A stretch of 64,000 nt of DNA. It comes from Cycas panzhihuaensis. Its lineage: Eukaryota > Plantae > Cycadophyta. Under the pieces are notes generated by a model. That model ran no database searches. It was given only the letters and a program-made list of their open reading frames with translations, and was not told the DNA's origin. The position numbers were made by a program, and so were the translations under genes. The stretch lies in assembly GCA_023213395.1 (NCBI GenBank), contig CM041465.1, positions 21,142,001-21,206,000 of the forward strand, read 5' to 3'. Positions 25,833-39,822 of this stretch are shown here, in pieces (the first letter of the stretch is position 1; every line of letters starts with the position of its first letter).

Positions 25833-28800
25833 TATTGAGAAAACTATGTCCCAATAACCAGAAACTATCACCAAGATCTAAACTATTTTGTAATTACTTA
25901 TAGGAATTGAAACTAAAATTTAATATACAAGTTCTTAAACTAGAGATAATACAATAAATAAATTAAAAAGTAAAAGCATCATATGTATACCAGATATAAC
26001 ATGGTAAAACCCCAGTAGTGTGCTAGAGAAACATCCACATAGGAAAGGTATTGATCTTTATTATTGAATAATAGAGAAATATATATAATCTATATTAGAA
26101 TGCTTATATTAACAACAACTAGTCACCTCTACTCAATATAGTACATCCAATATATCAAATACCATCAACATAATAAAAAAACATCCTAAATTAGACTATA
26201 TGAGAGAGTCATACAAGGCACAAATCTTGACCATCAAATTTGGGGTATTTCAAATAAATAACCCCAATTCTCTTTACAATTTAGCATGTTTTATAGTACC
26301 AAGGAGGGCTCCTATCCCTTTTAAATCCCCTTATGAATGTTTTTGGGGGAAACAATATTATTAACCTATCAAAACTTTAGCCTCCAAAACATTGTTGTCA
26401 CATTATCTAGCAATCTCTACCTTGACTACAAATTACCTGATACCTTTCTTGGATCATTCATCACCTTTTTTGCAAATCAAGAGAAGTCAAGTACCATTTA
26501 AATTTCTCTAATAGTACTAGTTTTATGAATATGTCAGCATATTTCTATTTTGTATTAACTTTCTCAAGTGCCACTCCACCTACTTCTATAACCTATCTAA
26601 TAAAATGGTACTTAAGAGTAATATGCTTTGTCTTACTATGATAATTTGAATTATTTGCTAAGTAAATGGCACTTTAACTATCACAAAATACCTTTACCTT
26701 TTCCTATTTCCTTCCAAGCTTAAACAATAGACCCTAAAACTAGATTGTTTCCTTATAAATATATGTTGTAGTAATATATTCTACTTCTATAGTCAATAAT
26801 ACAATTGTACTTAGTAATTTTGATATCCAACTAACTGGACCATTTGCAAGAGTAAACATATAACCTGAAGTAGACCTTCTCTTATCTAAATCTCCTATAA
26901 AGTCTAAATTAACATATCCATAAACATTATTACCTGTACCACTAAAGGTGATGCAATAGTTACTTGTGTCCCTTAAATACCGAAGCATCCATTTCAATGT
27001 TACCCAATGTTCCTTTCATAGATTTACCATAAACCTACTAACTACACTGACTGCATGTGAAATGTTAGGTCTTGTACATACCATGGCGTATATTAAACTT
27101 TCTTCTACACATGCATAAAGTACACGAGATATATAATCTTTTTATTCTTTACTATTAGGACTCATACTTGAAGAAAGCTTAAAATGGGGAGTTAACAAGA
27201 TACTAACCGATTTCACATTTACCATACTAAATCTAGTTAGCACCTTCTCCATATATTTCTATTGTGATAATCATAGCTTACCATTTTTCTTATCTCTATG
27301 TATCTCCATGCCTAAGATTTATTTTGTAGGTCCTAGATCTTTCATATCAAAAGTCTTAGCCAATTGAGCCTTTAACTTATTGATTTCTACCATACTCTTA
27401 CTTGCAACCAGTATGTCATTAACATATAGTACTAAGATAATGAACAAGTTATTATCTAAGAATTTAAAGTAAACATAATGATCATACTCGTTTCTTTTGA
27501 AATTTTGGCTCTCCATCAAGGTATCAAACTTCATATACCATTGCTTGGGTGATTACTTCAGTCCATATAATAGCTTCTTGAGCTTGTAAATAAGACTTTT
27601 CTTGCCATCCTATATAAACCCTTCTAGTTCATCTATATAGAACTCCTCATCTATATATCCATACAGAAAAGTTTTTTTTACATCTAACTACTCCAACTCT
27701 AAATCAATAGAAGCTACTAATGCTAACAAAACCTAAATTAAAATAAGTTTAATAACTAGTGAAAAACTCTCATGAAAATCAATACCTACTTTTTGTGTAA
27801 AGCCTTAAGCCATCAATCTTGCCCTATATTTATCAACCTTTCTATCAACATCTATTTTCTTATTGAAAACCCACCTACAACCAATAGTATTCCTACCATG
27901 TGGAAGTTCTACCAAGTACTATGAATTATTTTTCTTGAAAGCATCTATTTCTTCTTGCATAGCCTTCTTCTACTTCTCACTATAGATATCATCTACTACT
28001 TCCTAATAGCATGTAAGCTCATCATTATTAAAAACTAAAGTAATAGAAATAGAAGGGTTGTACCTGTTAGGTGGATGATTGACTCATGTAGATCTTCTAA
28101 TAATTAGTGGAGGAGTATCCACATACTCCTATAAATCTTTTATAGATTCATCTTCATAAAGCTCTTCTTGCATTTCCATTTCCAAAGATGGATGGGACTC
28201 AATATTTACTTGTTGATGTTCAACTTTCTAGTCCTATTTCACTTTAACTTCTATACTATCTAATTTTAGAAATGAGATTTATCAAATATAACATCTTTGT
28301 TAAAGTAATTTTGTGGGCAGTAGGATCCCATAACTTGTATCCCTTCACACCATCTCTATCACCATAACTAATAAAGATACATCGCTTGAATTTTTGGCTA
28401 GCTTTAAATGTTGACTTTTACTAGTCAAGGCATAAGCATCATAACCAAAAACTTTCAAATTTGAATAGTCATATGGATGTCCATTCCAAACCTATTCATG
28501 AATCTTGCAATCTATTGCAAGTTATGGTGACCTATTTACTAAATAACATGATATCTAAATAGCTTTTACCTATAAGACCTTCTCTACTCCTACATTATTA
28601 AGCATGCTTCTTACTCTTTCCAAGAGTGTCTTATTCATGCATTTAATTATGTCATTATACTATAGAGTATAACTAGTGGTCTTATAACCAACAAACATAC
28701 ATCTCTTAGATTTCGAATCTAACTTTGAACATTGACTTTTATAACCCAAAGTTATTCTTGCCATTGAATTTCTCCACCTCAAACTTTACATTCATTAGTT

Positions 28801-29462
28801 TTACCATCTGGTGCAGAAAAACATGACACCAAAACCTTTACAAACTTACTACAAAAATAAAAGAGGCTCTAATACCACTTATTGAGAAAACTAGGTCCCA
28901 ATAACTAGAAATTGCCACCAAGATCTAAACTATTTTGCAACTAGTTATAGGAATTTAAATTAAAATTTAACATACAAGTTCTTAAACTAGAGATAATATA
29001 ATATATAAATTAGAAAGCTAAAGCATCACATACACACTAGATATAACATGGTAAAAACTAAGTAGTGTACTAGGGAAACATCCATATATGAAAGGTATCT
29101 ATCTTTATTATCTAAGAATAGATAAATATACATAATTTATAGTAGAATACTCATAATAACAATAGCAACCATCCATCTCTATTTAATATAATATATCCAA
29201 TACATGGAATACCATCAACATAGTGAAAAAACACCTTAAATTAGGCTATATGAGAGAGTCATACAAGGCACAAATCTCGACCATCAAATCTGGGACATTT
29301 TAAATGAATGACCCTGATTCTCTTTATAATTTAGTATGTTTTACAACACTAAGAGGGGCTCCCATCTCGCTTGGATCTTCTCATGAAAGTTTGAGGGAAA
29401 AACTGTGCTACCAACTTGTCAAAATTGTTGCCTCTAAAATATTGTTATCATATTATCTAACA
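25833..29462 (-). mobile_element. Copia-2: same family as Copia-1, with an internal deletion of gag-PR-INT N-terminus
   Basis: LTRs 25833-26412 and 28880-29462. Flanks TTCAC/TTCAA. PBS TGGTATTAGAGCC (28865-28877 rc). PPT at 26413-26424. Confidence 0.94.
26470..28807 (-). pseudogene. Copia-2 truncated polyprotein (gag N-terminal stub fused to INT C-terminus, RT, RH)
   Basis: LYVNDIL and GDLDKRRSTSGYMF. Colinear with Copia-1 19700-21930, then jumps to the gag start. Confidence 0.92.
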
Positions 29463-32400
29463 TTCAACCTACTTTCATTTTGTATCTTTTATGCTCTCCT
29501 AACTAAGGTTACATCTCTAAGAGAAAAATTAAGTTAAAAACCATCAACCCCATCTACTATGCCATGGAACAAATCTATAAAAGTAGTTATCTAAATAGAA
29601 ACATATGACAAAATACATCCTTTTTTAATCATAAACTCCATTTTAACGCCTTATCAACCTCAAGTCTAAAGTTTGCACCATTAAAACTACTTTAAACTTT
29701 TCATAAAGCATATCATCTAACCATTTGTTAGAAAGCCCCATGAGTCAGCTTCATAATGAAACTAATGACATTAAATTTTGATATTGTATGAGGGAGATAT
29801 AACTATTTTCATAAGCATAGGTATACTTTTAGTGAAAAAATAAAAAAATACCTTTTAATATTATCTCCCAATCATATCTAAACACTTATGTTACTGAATT
29901 GGTAACTATGTGGACTTCAACTAATATTATAAAATAACTTAATATGATTTTATAATATCAATGAATATTGAAATATAAAAAAGAAATGTTTGCCATTAAC
30001 CTTTAACCCATACATAACCATGTAGTATTAAAATGGCATCTATGAGCCTTTCAAGGTGGATTTCAAATATATTTTTTAAGATATCCATGGAGTGAAGCCA
30101 TACAAAATAATGTCTATGCAAAAATTAGCTTTTGGAATCTTAGGAGGTGCCCAAAGTTTATTTTAGTATGCAATGAGCTTCAAGGTTGCCTAGGTTATAT
30201 GAAATTTTCCCAACTCAAAAATTATCCATAGATTTGGTAAAAACTCTTTTCAAAACAAAGTCTTCTAACTATACTTATAATTTAAAAATAATAACTATAC
30301 TAAATAAAGATGGGATATGGTAAATACTAAGCCAAATCTATTGAGAAACTACTACCACAATTGTAAAATCCCTTTGCGTATCCTTAAGACATAGTTGTGG
30401 CTTTCAAAACTTTCTTGGAAACCTATTTTTACATCTTAAATCCCTCATACAAATTGCTATAGCTAAAAGACATGGGGTATTTCACCATCATAGTGTAATT
30501 TCACCATCAAATGATAACTTTTTATCCTTAACTTTCTAATAGTATAGTACCAAATAAACCCTAATGAACCCTCTACTTATTTTATATACATAGTTGGCCA
30601 ATAATTTCTTCTCATGTCTAAGTTTATAATAGAGCAACAAGCTCTACATCTAAATCCTAAACATTCTAGTTTTCCTTAACATAAGCTAACAAACTATTTG
30701 TTTCTCTCAACATGCTATAAAACCCTCATCAAGCATGGGTCCAGTCATAATAGAGTGTTAAACAGTACCCTACCCACCATAACATCAACTTTACAAGGTG
30801 ATTAGGCTTATATTTGAAGCCTTATTCTTTGATACATGTGCAATGCCTATATGTATACTAGTGAAACATGCAAATAATGGCCTAAGAAATGAATTAAACA
30901 TATGGGAAACCTTTGTGGGATTTAAGATAGTTATAACACCAATATGCTCTAGGATTATGATACCAACATGTTTGAGGCATTTATACTAATATGATTTAGG
31001 TTTATGAAACCAATATGCTTTTAGACACACTATAAAATCATAGTTTAAAACCATCCATGACGTATAATAGAACCTCACTTAATAAATAAACAAACTACCA
31101 CCCTCATTAGTCATAAACAAGCATACTAAAATAAGTTTAGAATAAACTCATGCTAGGTGAACACACTTATAGTCTTATAGCCTAACTGGTATCAAAATAT
31201 GCTTGAACCTAGGGCTGTCATATCACTTGCTAAAAATAAATACCCATAGATAGGTCTAAGATCATACAAAACTAAAAATATAAATATATTCATGTAAATA
31301 ATAAATGAAAGAATATGTACAAATACACAACACAATATACTTATGGAAAATGATCACTTCTAATTATATTATACCAAACTAATATATATTTATAGTACAT
31401 ATCACTATTTGGTTATCTAATCATATTCTAAGAGCCACTTAGTCAACCAATAATTAATTATATGAAGAAGTATGTACACTATGACCCCTTACTAAACATC
31501 AAATGAGTAATTGCAACAATTTAATATTCACAAGTTAAATATTCTAATAAACAACATGCTAAAAATAGATAAAAATGAGTTAGAATAAAAATATTATAAA
31601 TATTTGCTTAGCTATAATAAGTTAAGAACATGTCCAACTCCACTAAATGGACTAAATAAATAAACAAAATTAAAAAAATTTATCAAAACCATCCATATCA
31701 TAGAGTTTTCTATCTATTTCATAGTAGATAGAGTGTACCATTAAGATGTTAATACTACCATAAAAATTAAAATTTTGTGATATCTCTATATTTTGTAAAT
31801 TTGTAGTACTGCAACTATCTACATGGTACTATGGTCTTCAATAGATTGTATCCCATGAAGATTCACATAGATAAAAATTTTATAAATTCTCTTAAAAATT
31901 TAAAAAATTTAGGTTTGGACTATAAATAGTCTATTCAAAATGATCAAGACATCAAATTTCCCTAGTCTAGTGGAAAATAGGGCTCTGATTGGACCCTATT
32001 TGACCATTTTTTTTTTAAATAGGGCTAAGCCTTAAAAAACTTAATAATTAAAATTATAAAAAATAAGGGTTAAGCCTATTGGGTCTATTGCCTACTGGAC
32101 CATCTTGTCACCATAAATTTGATTTCTCTTACTATATGTAAATTTGACTATCCATTTATTTCTGGCAAGCCCAATAGTAAATTAGGTCAATGGGGATAAA
32201 TGGGAAATTTTTCTAACCCCCAATATGAAAATGAAATGGACAATAATAAGAAAACCATTTTTATTAATCACCTAAACCTAGCTTAGAACTGCTAATTTTT
32301 TTCCTTGTCTATCTTATTGGATTCTTTATTATGCAAACTATCACTTTACATGATCAACACTACTATTTCTGTAACGTATTTTTATACACCATGCTCTAAA

Positions 32401-33118
32401 ATACCTCTAAAGTGGATATTAATCAATGTAATTAATACAACATTAATACAATATATTTTACCAAAATGCCATTGAGAAATAACTCTCTCCTTACATATTA
32501 GCATTTATAGTCCAAAGGCTTATTTTTGAGTACTAAACTCATATTTATAGGTTGTATAATATTTTTTTGCTAGAAAACCCTTAGTACCTTTCATGTGCTT
32601 TAGCTTAATAGAGCCCCAAGGTAACACTCTTATGCATATCCATGTTTACAGTTAAAAGTCTCAGTTCTGAGACACCTTTCCAATGGCACAATCTATTTAT
32701 GAGTTACCTTCACTATCCAATACTTACCTCTCATAGACCCTTACAATCATAACCATTTTAAGATTTCTTAAGTAATCAATTGCCTTATAGATAAACTCTT
32801 TTTACTAATATATAACTCACAACCTAAGTAGAAATCTAGTAGTTTGATTATATGATACACTTCCTTATAATAGTTTTTATTTATCCTTATTATTGTAGTT
32901 AGTCTAGCTTATTATAATGACATTTCTCAATGCACTTTGTTTAATCATTTTAAAGAGTGCTCAAACATAGCATGTATAAACTATCCAAGTTCTCATAATG
33001 ACTTAACCCACATGGCCCTATTTTTAAGCTTCTATGTGGCCTTAATTTATTAAATAACACTATCATTTATTAGTTAATTTATTCTCCTATGAATTAATTT
33101 GTCACCATGAACTCTTTT

Positions 33119-33166
33119 CATACATACATATATACATATACATATATGTGTGTGTGTGTGTGTGTG
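33119..33166. repeat. Compound (CATA)/(TA)/(TG)n microsatellite
   Basis: Direct reading. Confidence 0.9.
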
Positions 33167-35064
33167 TTTGTGAAAAAATAAAAGGGTATATATACACCAA
33201 AACATTTAAAATTTATATATAAATCCCTAACCACCTTTTTAATATCTAGGGCAAGTTGCATGTTGATTTCGTTCCTACCTATGACATGCAATTTAGGTCT
33301 AGATATATGGGTCATTTAGGACCTTAAGATTCAATTATTTAGGTTTATTATGGCATTAAACATGATTGAAACCTACTCGACACTTAAAACTTGATTATAT
33401 TGATCAATTTCTACTTTGTTACCCATATTTATCAATTCATCTCTAGTTACTATTATATTTTCCATGGTATTAATTATGCATACTAATAGAGGAAGTCATG
33501 GGTATGCGTTATATATTAAGAGAAAGGTGTAGACCCTTTACCTAGGATGATAGAATGGGACATGTTAAATATTGCTTAATCCCCTCCTTAGATGCGAAAG
33601 ATATACTCTTATCTGAATGGATATAATAAGGTGTAGATATATATGCAAATTTTGTTTCATGAAGTGGAGCCAAAATGGAATAAGAGATCTCTATAATGAT
33701 GATAGTCCCTAGTGTTGAGATGGTGTTGTCTAAGGCTTGGGTGTTAAATGCAACCATGCATTTCCCTTGGCACATTGGGTGACTCTTGAGGATATTAGGC
33801 TAAACATGACAGGTCCCAACTAAGGACTTTTACTTCAAAATAACTATGTCACTCATGCTCTCTAGGTTTACCTAAGTTCTCCTTATGTCTCTAAGGTTTT
33901 GACTATTACCTTAAGTCCTTCACTTTATATATCGATAGGTAGGTGGTAGCTTTTAAGATAGTCACTAGTGTGTGCATAAGTGACAATCTTAATAGGTGTT
34001 AATCCGATAATAGTTCCCCATTTTTTCTTAGGTATAGAAGCTCAAACAAATCCCTAAAATATAAATAAAGATGCTATTTAAGATTTCATGTAAATAACCC
34101 AAATATACAAATAAATACCAAATGCACATTAATGCATCTATACTAAATGAAATGAAAATCCTTTTTTTTTTTAATGAGATTAAGTGAAAAGGAAAGATTA
34201 TACCTCAATCAAGGTAAACAAATGAAAGAAAATCTAAATTCTTTAGTTGCTCTTACATTTATTCTAGTTATAGTTTCTTCACTTTTATTTCAATATTTTT
34301 GCAATATAATTACTAAAAATAAAGGAAAGTAAGAAATGTAAGAGATCCAATGTAATCTTGATAAAATGCAACTATTTTCAACTACTTTCTTTCTTTTCCT
34401 TTTCTAAGAAAACAAGAATAATAATCTAATCGATGATTTAATCAATCACTTTATTAACTCTAACTAATAATAAATGTATAGGTTCATTCATTTTCCTCTT
34501 CATATAGCTCAGAGATGATGTAATAGTATAAAAGAGTAAAGGATGAGGTAGGCACCTTTTAGTGATATTTTAAAGTAATAATTTTCCCTTTTCTTCCATT
34601 ACAACCATTTTAAGGCAATACTAAAAAACTAAATAAAATATAGCATACATGATTTAAACCATTAAATTAAAAGCTTGAATTTAATTTAGGGAGGTTTGTT
34701 AAAAATTTGATACTATTTTTTCTATACCTAGATAATTTTGATAGAAAAAGAATTTCAGGAATGATCAAAACTTTATGAGAAAGAGTATGATCACTTTATT
34801 TAGATATCTTCCTTGCCATTTACTACTCCACTAAGTGTTGGCATGGTTTTGTAACTACTTTTGGCCAATCTTTTAATGGATTATAAGTAGGGGTAAGAAA
34901 GGAAAATGAATAACTCAGTCTAATTATTATCAATTAATAGATTTAATCAATTCAATTTCCATAAGTTAACTTAGAATTCCCAAATGATGAGAAATAATTT
35001 TAAAAACAAAACTAGTTTGATCTTCCACATTAGTTCACTAATGAATATCATAATGATTAAAATA

Positions 35065-35067
<3 letters not shown>

Positions 35068-35100
<33 letters not shown>
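35068..35100. repeat. (CT)n microsatellite
   Basis: Direct reading. Confidence 0.95.
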
Positions 35101-35103
<3 letters not shown>

Positions 35104-37229
35104 CTCGTTATAATAAAAGAAGTATTCTAACTAATCAAATAAGCACAAAATTACAAAATTTGTTTTAAACTTGACAAGTTGGAGATGAAAGGAGCCTCAG
35201 ATCAATGTCACATCCATATCCAATATGCCTTGAATTTACTTCTCATGATTTAAAAATAAAAGAATGCATAATATCTGGTATTATAGAAAAGAAAGTATGT
35301 CAATAAGTAATAGAACATTAAGAGAAGAGGGCCCAATAAATGAATGGATAAGTAAATTTGAGGATAAGGAAGGAAGAGGCATAAATATGTATCCCAAATT
35401 CCTTAATCAAGCCTCATAAATACCAAGAAAGAAGCTGTAAAACCACTTAAGATTAAAGGCAAATCATTAGAGGAGGTGCTGGCAAAATTTTGGTAGCATT
35501 TCATTCTATAAAATCTTCTCCCTTATTCTAAGAATGGATGGGTATTTATAGGAAAAGAGAGAGGAATAGGTAAGAGAAAAACCATGCTTTTTGGATATAG
35601 TTTTGATTATTTACCTCTAAAATCTTGCATGAATGTAGATAAACCTAGTTGGAACATATTAGGAATAATAGGGTAGTACCACCCTATAGATCTTGGCTAG
35701 AGTTAGGACAAAACTATAAAGATTATTACATGCTATCACTAATTTTATGTGTGCAATAATGAAAAAATATGAGAGTATACTAAAATTATAAGAGTAAAAA
35801 TAGAATGTGAGAGTATAAATGAAATGCAAAATGTGAGAGACTATTGCACTTTAATTATATAGTCATAGTTTTATAAACATAAAAAATATGATAGTCCAGA
35901 AAGGGCAAGAAATATAGAAAACTTTAATAGATTTCATCAAAGTTAATTTGTTGGGCCTTAATTAACAATGTTGACTTATATAAATATTGGATAAAGGTAT
36001 AAATATGCTAAATAGTGGTAGAAAAAATAAGAAAAAATAAAGTGCTAGCCTAACAACATTATAACAAAATACAACTAGGCAAGACTTGGAGTAACTTCTT
36101 AGACCACGTTAAATAGGATTATGAAAGTGCATTGTTAGATCAATCATTGGTTGATAATGGAACTACAATCACATATAAGAGGTAGTCATATAATTTATAA
36201 TTCAAGGAAATAAAACAAAATGATAAATAATAACAAACCCAATCAAAGCTTTCTTCGCTAAATTACTACCTAAAGTAAAACTAATGACTAAGAAACTAAC
36301 TAAATCATAATGATTAATTAAATACAAATTTAATTAGTAATCAAATTAGGTAAATAAAGTAAGATGAGACCCTAGCTATGCTAAAATGGATTGGTCATGG
36401 TGAAACATTTACCCCCTTAGCATCAAAAGCTCTTACGAATGGTAGAGAGCAAGATGATAAATAGTAGCAACTTTTCCCTCAGTATAATTAAACTTGGGTG
36501 GTCTAGGTTAGATTCCTAAGTTATAAGAAAAAGGAAAATTGGATGATGAGCCTCCAATATGTGAAAGTGGTAAAAATACTACCAAAGTGGGGTAAAAATA
36601 GCTTGAGGAAGCCCATAGTGAAGGCATGTATCGAGCTCTAACTTATTGTAAGTTTGTCCATCATAGTTATACCTCTTTAAAGGGTGGTTGTTAGAGGAGT
36701 GATTGTTATAGTTTAGCCTCTTTACTAAATATTATTACAGTTATGGCCACCTTAGTTTAATCTCACTAGTAGGTCTTTAGAGGTATCCAAAATCAAGAGG
36801 GGTCCAAGGGCTAAAAAGGATACAAAGTTTATAGTGTAGGATAAAAATGGACTCAATAGACTATAAACATGGATAGGCTATGGGAGATCCATTTGTGGTC
36901 TTAATTTAGGGTATATCTAAACATAATTACCTCATGAATAAGGGCATGAAAATATAAAAAGTGGCTCCTCAAAATATGAGAGACAAGATTGATTAGATGA
37001 TAGGGCATAGAATGAGAATAAATCTATGGTGAAGGCATCAGATAAAAAGGTTCTAAGAGGTCCATTTGTTATAAAAAGGCCTATCTTTATATGAAAAATA
37101 TTTTTCTTAGGATTCATTTTCGCATGTAAGAGTGGAGTTTAAGACCCAGTTTTTAGACTTTTGACTATAATTATGAGAGTTTAGATGGACAGAATTATGT
37201 TTAGATAGCATCACTAACACTAGGTAATC

Positions 37230-39300
37230 ATGATACATAGGAGTGTATGTCATCTAGTAAGAAACCTCTTTTTTTTTTTTTTTTTTTTTTTTTAATGTAA
37301 TAAAATTTAATAAAAGTACAAACCACCCATTAAAAATATGACAAAATAATAAAAAATATAAGAACACAAAGTTTGTATTTTAGGAAATCACATTTTTACT
37401 AGTTTTTTATGCTTTTACCTAGCCTTTTATATTTTTAGCTAGCTTATCATATTTTTTGCTTAATGTGAGAGTTAGCCAAAATAAGAAATTAATTCATTTA
37501 AAGATTTATTAGACTTTGGGATTGAATTCAAACTAAATTTTCATAATGTGTAACTAATTAAGAGGATAGATACTAGGGAGAATGAAGGGTAGATGATTGA
37601 GCCCTTCTTAATGACTTTAATAGTTGCCAAGTGGTAAATATTAAGATAGTGTAGATTAGCAAGGGCTAATTACTCCATCAAATTAGTAATGGAGTATAAG
37701 TTACTTGAGGGATTTATGAGCTTATGGATATTTGTAGAGTGGGTATTCAAAGTATGAAGCACTAGAGATATCAGGATTACCTTAAGGGATGATGAGAGCA
37801 TCCTAAGTGTTAACTAGCAAGGCTCAAGGATTTGTCTAAGTTGAGTGGTGGAGGAGGAGGCTTGATAGGTATGTAAAACCTATTTAACTAGAGAGGCTAG
37901 GTATTTTGAGACACAATGGATCTCTTTGGAGGTGATATAGGAGGTAGATAGGATATCAACACTTTGAAAAGTGATGGCTTATATCATATGTTCTAGATCA
38001 TAATGATCCAAATCTCTATAAAATTACATGCCTAATGGGTAAGCATAATTATGTGATGTAATATAGGTTATTAGATGGATTAGGGGAGCCTCATTGTAAA
38101 GAACATGGTATAATATATCACTTGGATACAATAATGGGATGTGGGGGATTCTCTTATAGTTCTATCCTAATGTGCTAACTTTATAATCATATTCATTTGA
38201 TGAGGCTAGCTAGGTAGCAAGGTAGTTTGAGCATCATAGATCTAGCCATTACCACATGGCACATGAGATTCTTAAGCATGTGGGAGATGAGATGTGGCTA
38301 TGAGGAATGCCTAGAGTCCTCACCTTAGTAGGATGATAAGGAACCAATGGGTTCCTTGTCCTTGTAATAAGATGATAGTTTAATTTGATAATGAGCCTAA
38401 CATAATTAAAAGGGATATAATAAATGGATCCCCACCTATACCTAGGGGAGAGTGGCATGAGACAGAGTAGGAGGTAATGGGATAACAGAGGGGTAATAAA
38501 TAGAAGGTGGGATAAGGGTTAGATCAGATGAAACCCCACTAGTAGGAGTGTTTCCTTCAATATAGGTAGGTTTTGATGGTAAAGGAGATGGAGAACAGGT
38601 TGCTAAACAAGCAAAGATACTAGTAACAATAGGGGTCATCCCAAAGGGTGATGACATGGAGGTGGACTAGGAGGGAGTTCCAAGAGTAGGGGGATATAGG
38701 AGGTATTAAGCTAAGAGTTAGAATAATGACACTACCTCCCAAAGGTATATATGCTTGATTTTTGTTTTACACTTATCAAGTTTATTTAGCATTTATACAC
38801 ATACTCCTTTTTAATGATTTTCTACTTTTATTAATTCATATATTCTTGAAAGATGATTGATTACTCCATGTTTCATATTATAGGTATATAGGTTATTGAG
38901 GCTATAATAAAGGACCCTTGATGGCCTCTTATGTTTTGTATAGGGCTAGAAGCACCTCCAATTTAGTAGGATGGTAATACATAACTTTTAGGTTCCCATA
39001 CTCAAATTTCACACTGATCATTAGAGATTTAGATATGTACAAAGATTTGGAGGTGTAAATGGAAGTATAAGAGGTATAAATAAGGGGATCAAGGTGTAAT
39101 TGAAGGTTGTAGATGATGAGAGATGACATCTTTAGTAGATGGCCATCCTTTAGGTAGGTAGATAGGATTCTCTCTCAACTAACTAAAGTATCTATTAGGT
39201 CTAGACCACCTCTCATAGGAGGGAGAGGTTCTATACCTATTCTTATCATGTAGAGGGAGGATAGGGTAACCCTTAGTAGCTATACCAGACATGACTCATG
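37230..39300 (+). pseudogene. Antisense PMD gene remnant in B; putative introns 37257-37576 and 38745-38883
   Basis: 37692-37832 reads EYKLLEGFMSLWIFVEWVFKV*STRDIRITLRDDESILSVN*QG, homologous to A. Last exon FTLIIRDLDMYKD versus FSHALRAQDLYID in A. Confidence 0.7.
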
Positions 39301-39685
39301 GCTTGAGGAGATAAATTTAAGTGGGGGATATGAGTTCACTCCATAGGCATAGGGAGGTAGTTATAGGGGCTTACTTATGAGCATTTATATAAAATTGTGG
39401 AAAATAAGACCGTGATATTATACTTATGATACATGTATCATATGAGTTTTGAATGTTGTAGATATATTATATCATTTTTTATCTTTAAAGGTTGTATATG
39501 TGCAGAGCATTATTGTATCTAACCCTTCCCCCCCTACTATCACTTATGATGAGTAGCATAATAGGCATGTATGAACTCAAATATTTGTATGTTTTTATGC
39601 TTTGAATGCTTTATCATTTTTTTTCTTTGTATTTTTTATGATATTATTTACATTTTAATTTATATCCATGATAAAGCATTTAGTT

Positions 39686-39822
39686 AATTTATACTTATTA
39701 TAGACTATTTAATTAGTTTATACTCATTGTAGATTATTTAGTTAGTTGATACCTATTATAGAGTATTCAATTAGTTTATACTTGTTACAAAGTGTTTAAT
39801 TAGTTTATACTCATTATGGAGT
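39686..39822. repeat. 29-bp tandem array x5 with core AGTTTATACTCATT
   Basis: Units at 39686, 39715, 39744, 39773 and 39802. Confidence 0.9.

Larger units (their letters stand above)
25332..31549 (-). mobile_element. Element D: old non-autonomous LTR element (~325-bp LTRs, ~1.9-kb internal region with no recognisable gag-pol), interrupted by Copia-2
   Basis: Direct repeats 25332-25657 and 31228-31549. PPT, rc of TTCCCCTTTT, at 25658-25667. Decayed iMet PBS TGATATGACAGCCC (31212-31225 rc). Flanks AATAA/AACAA. Confidence 0.8.
15434..32260 (+). mobile_element. Element C: 5'-truncated relative of A (RH-INT plus 3' UTR), host of TRIM, Copia-1 and D; right end uncertain
   Basis: pol fragment at 15434-16968, the shared motif array right after pol, and a PMD remnant on the opposite strand. 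Confidence 0.65.

Noticed and set aside
32280-33900. Possible host gene or further element
   Set aside because: No recognisable protein motif or termini; left unannotated.
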